Assembly: GCA_001275005.1 (NCBI GenBank)
Contig: JWZX01003377.1
Span: 48,152 to 68,151 of the forward strand
Direction of reading: 5' to 3'
Source of the DNA: Chrysochromulina tobinii
Lineage: Eukaryota
DNA: 20,000 bases
Notes under the pieces: model-generated
Told to the model about the DNA's origin: nothing
Databases searched by the model: none
What the model saw: only the letters and a program-made list of their open reading frames with translations
Made by a program: the position numbers and the translations under genes
Part shown: piece by piece, positions 19,285-20,000 of the stretch
Position numbering within the stretch: position 1 is the stretch's first letter
How the letters are laid out: every line of letters begins with the position of its first letter

Positions 19285-19860
19285 TTGGGACGCACCTGCC
19301 GGCACCCTTGCGCTGCGGCAAGCGTCTGCATCGATCTAGACGACATCGATCTAAACGACCCGGTGTGCTGGGCACGCGACGCCATCGCAAGTTTCCTCAA
19401 GACCCACGACGACCTCGCAGAACTGAAGCTGGAGTACAACGAGGCCGCCAGACCGGGCACGGTTCAGTACGACCGATTCCGCCAAGCATGGACGGCCGCT
19501 TCGAACAAGGGGTGGCGGCTCGTCTTCCACAGGACGCCTGCCCGCAACGTTGACAGCATCTGCAAAAATGGCCTCGACCCCAAACGTCGAACGGGGCAGA
19601 CCTATGGCAAAGGCGAGTACTTCAGCTTCTCGTGGAGGTTCGCGAGCACGTACTGCAAAGGCGGGGAGATCAAGCTGATCATCTTCGTGGTCCTTTGTGA
19701 CGAAACCGGCGTGTCCTACTACGGCATGACCAACGAGGCGAGAACGCCGGGCAACGGTGGTCATGAGATCATCGTTGTGCACAAGTCCGAGCACCAACTG
19801 CCGTTGGCAGTCCTCACCTTCTTGAACCCCTCGATCGTGCGGCCGTGGTCCTCTGCCTGA
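19285..19860 (+). CDS. PARP-like (ARTD) catalytic domain, probable mono-ADP-ribosyltransferase. 5' structure unresolved; possibly a pseudogene
   Basis: RLVFHRT...NVDSICKNGLD...GQTYGKGEYFS...ASTYC...IIVVHKSEHQLPLAVLTF matches PARP FHGT, G.YGKG.YFA...S..Y and FVVF...Q.YP. No in-frame ATG precedes the domain (TAG at 19264-19266). Confidence 0.75.
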   Translation: MGRTCRHPCAAASVCIDLDDIDLNDPVCWARDAIASFLKTHDDLAELKLEYNEAARPGTVQYDRFRQAWTAASNKGWRLVFHRTPARNVDSICKNGLDPKRRTGQTYGKGEYFSFSWRFASTYCKGGEIKLIIFVVLCDETGVSYYGMTNEARTPGNGGHEIIVVHKSEHQLPLAVLTFLNPSIVRPWSSA

Positions 19861-20000
19861 GGGAAACACGGTCCGTCTGCGTGCACTTGCGGCTCCCTCG
19901 CTCTCTCTTCGCCGAAACCTACCCATCGCACACCAAGGTGCCATGACTCGCCGCCACGTTCACCCGAACCACGATCGCAATGGGTATAGAGGGGTGGGGG

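Noticed and set aside
19151..19336. WWE domain upstream of the PARP domain
   Set aside because: Two Trp residues and TIDW are suggestive, but spacing and the conserved Glu do not fit well enough to call.

Overview
GC-rich, gene-dense eukaryotic nuclear DNA with short GT-AG introns and low-complexity Ala/Gly/Glu/Gln tracts. The style suggests a haptophyte alga (inference only). Seven loci are readable: (1) a 5'-truncated, >2480-aa KDM3/JMJD1-family JmjC histone demethylase carrying Tudor, KDM3 Zn-finger, PHD and three KOW-like modules, with one intron built from exon-like repeats; (2) and (3) two convergent hypothetical genes, one with polyQ; (4) tRNA-dihydrouridine synthase DUS2; (5) a 3-exon, ~1012-aa gene, divergent from DUS2, that appears to fuse a complete Skp1 domain, an F-box motif and a ribonuclease-inhibitor-type LRR array; (6) an EcKL/APH-like phosphotransferase; (7) a PARP-like mono-ADP-ribosyltransferase domain with a substituted NAD-binding motif and no clear start. 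The most striking candidate system is gene 5: a putative self-contained SCF ubiquitin-ligase receptor whose LRR array is built from shuffled cassettes that vary mainly on the ligand-binding face. All domain calls are by eye from remembered family motifs; no searches were run.
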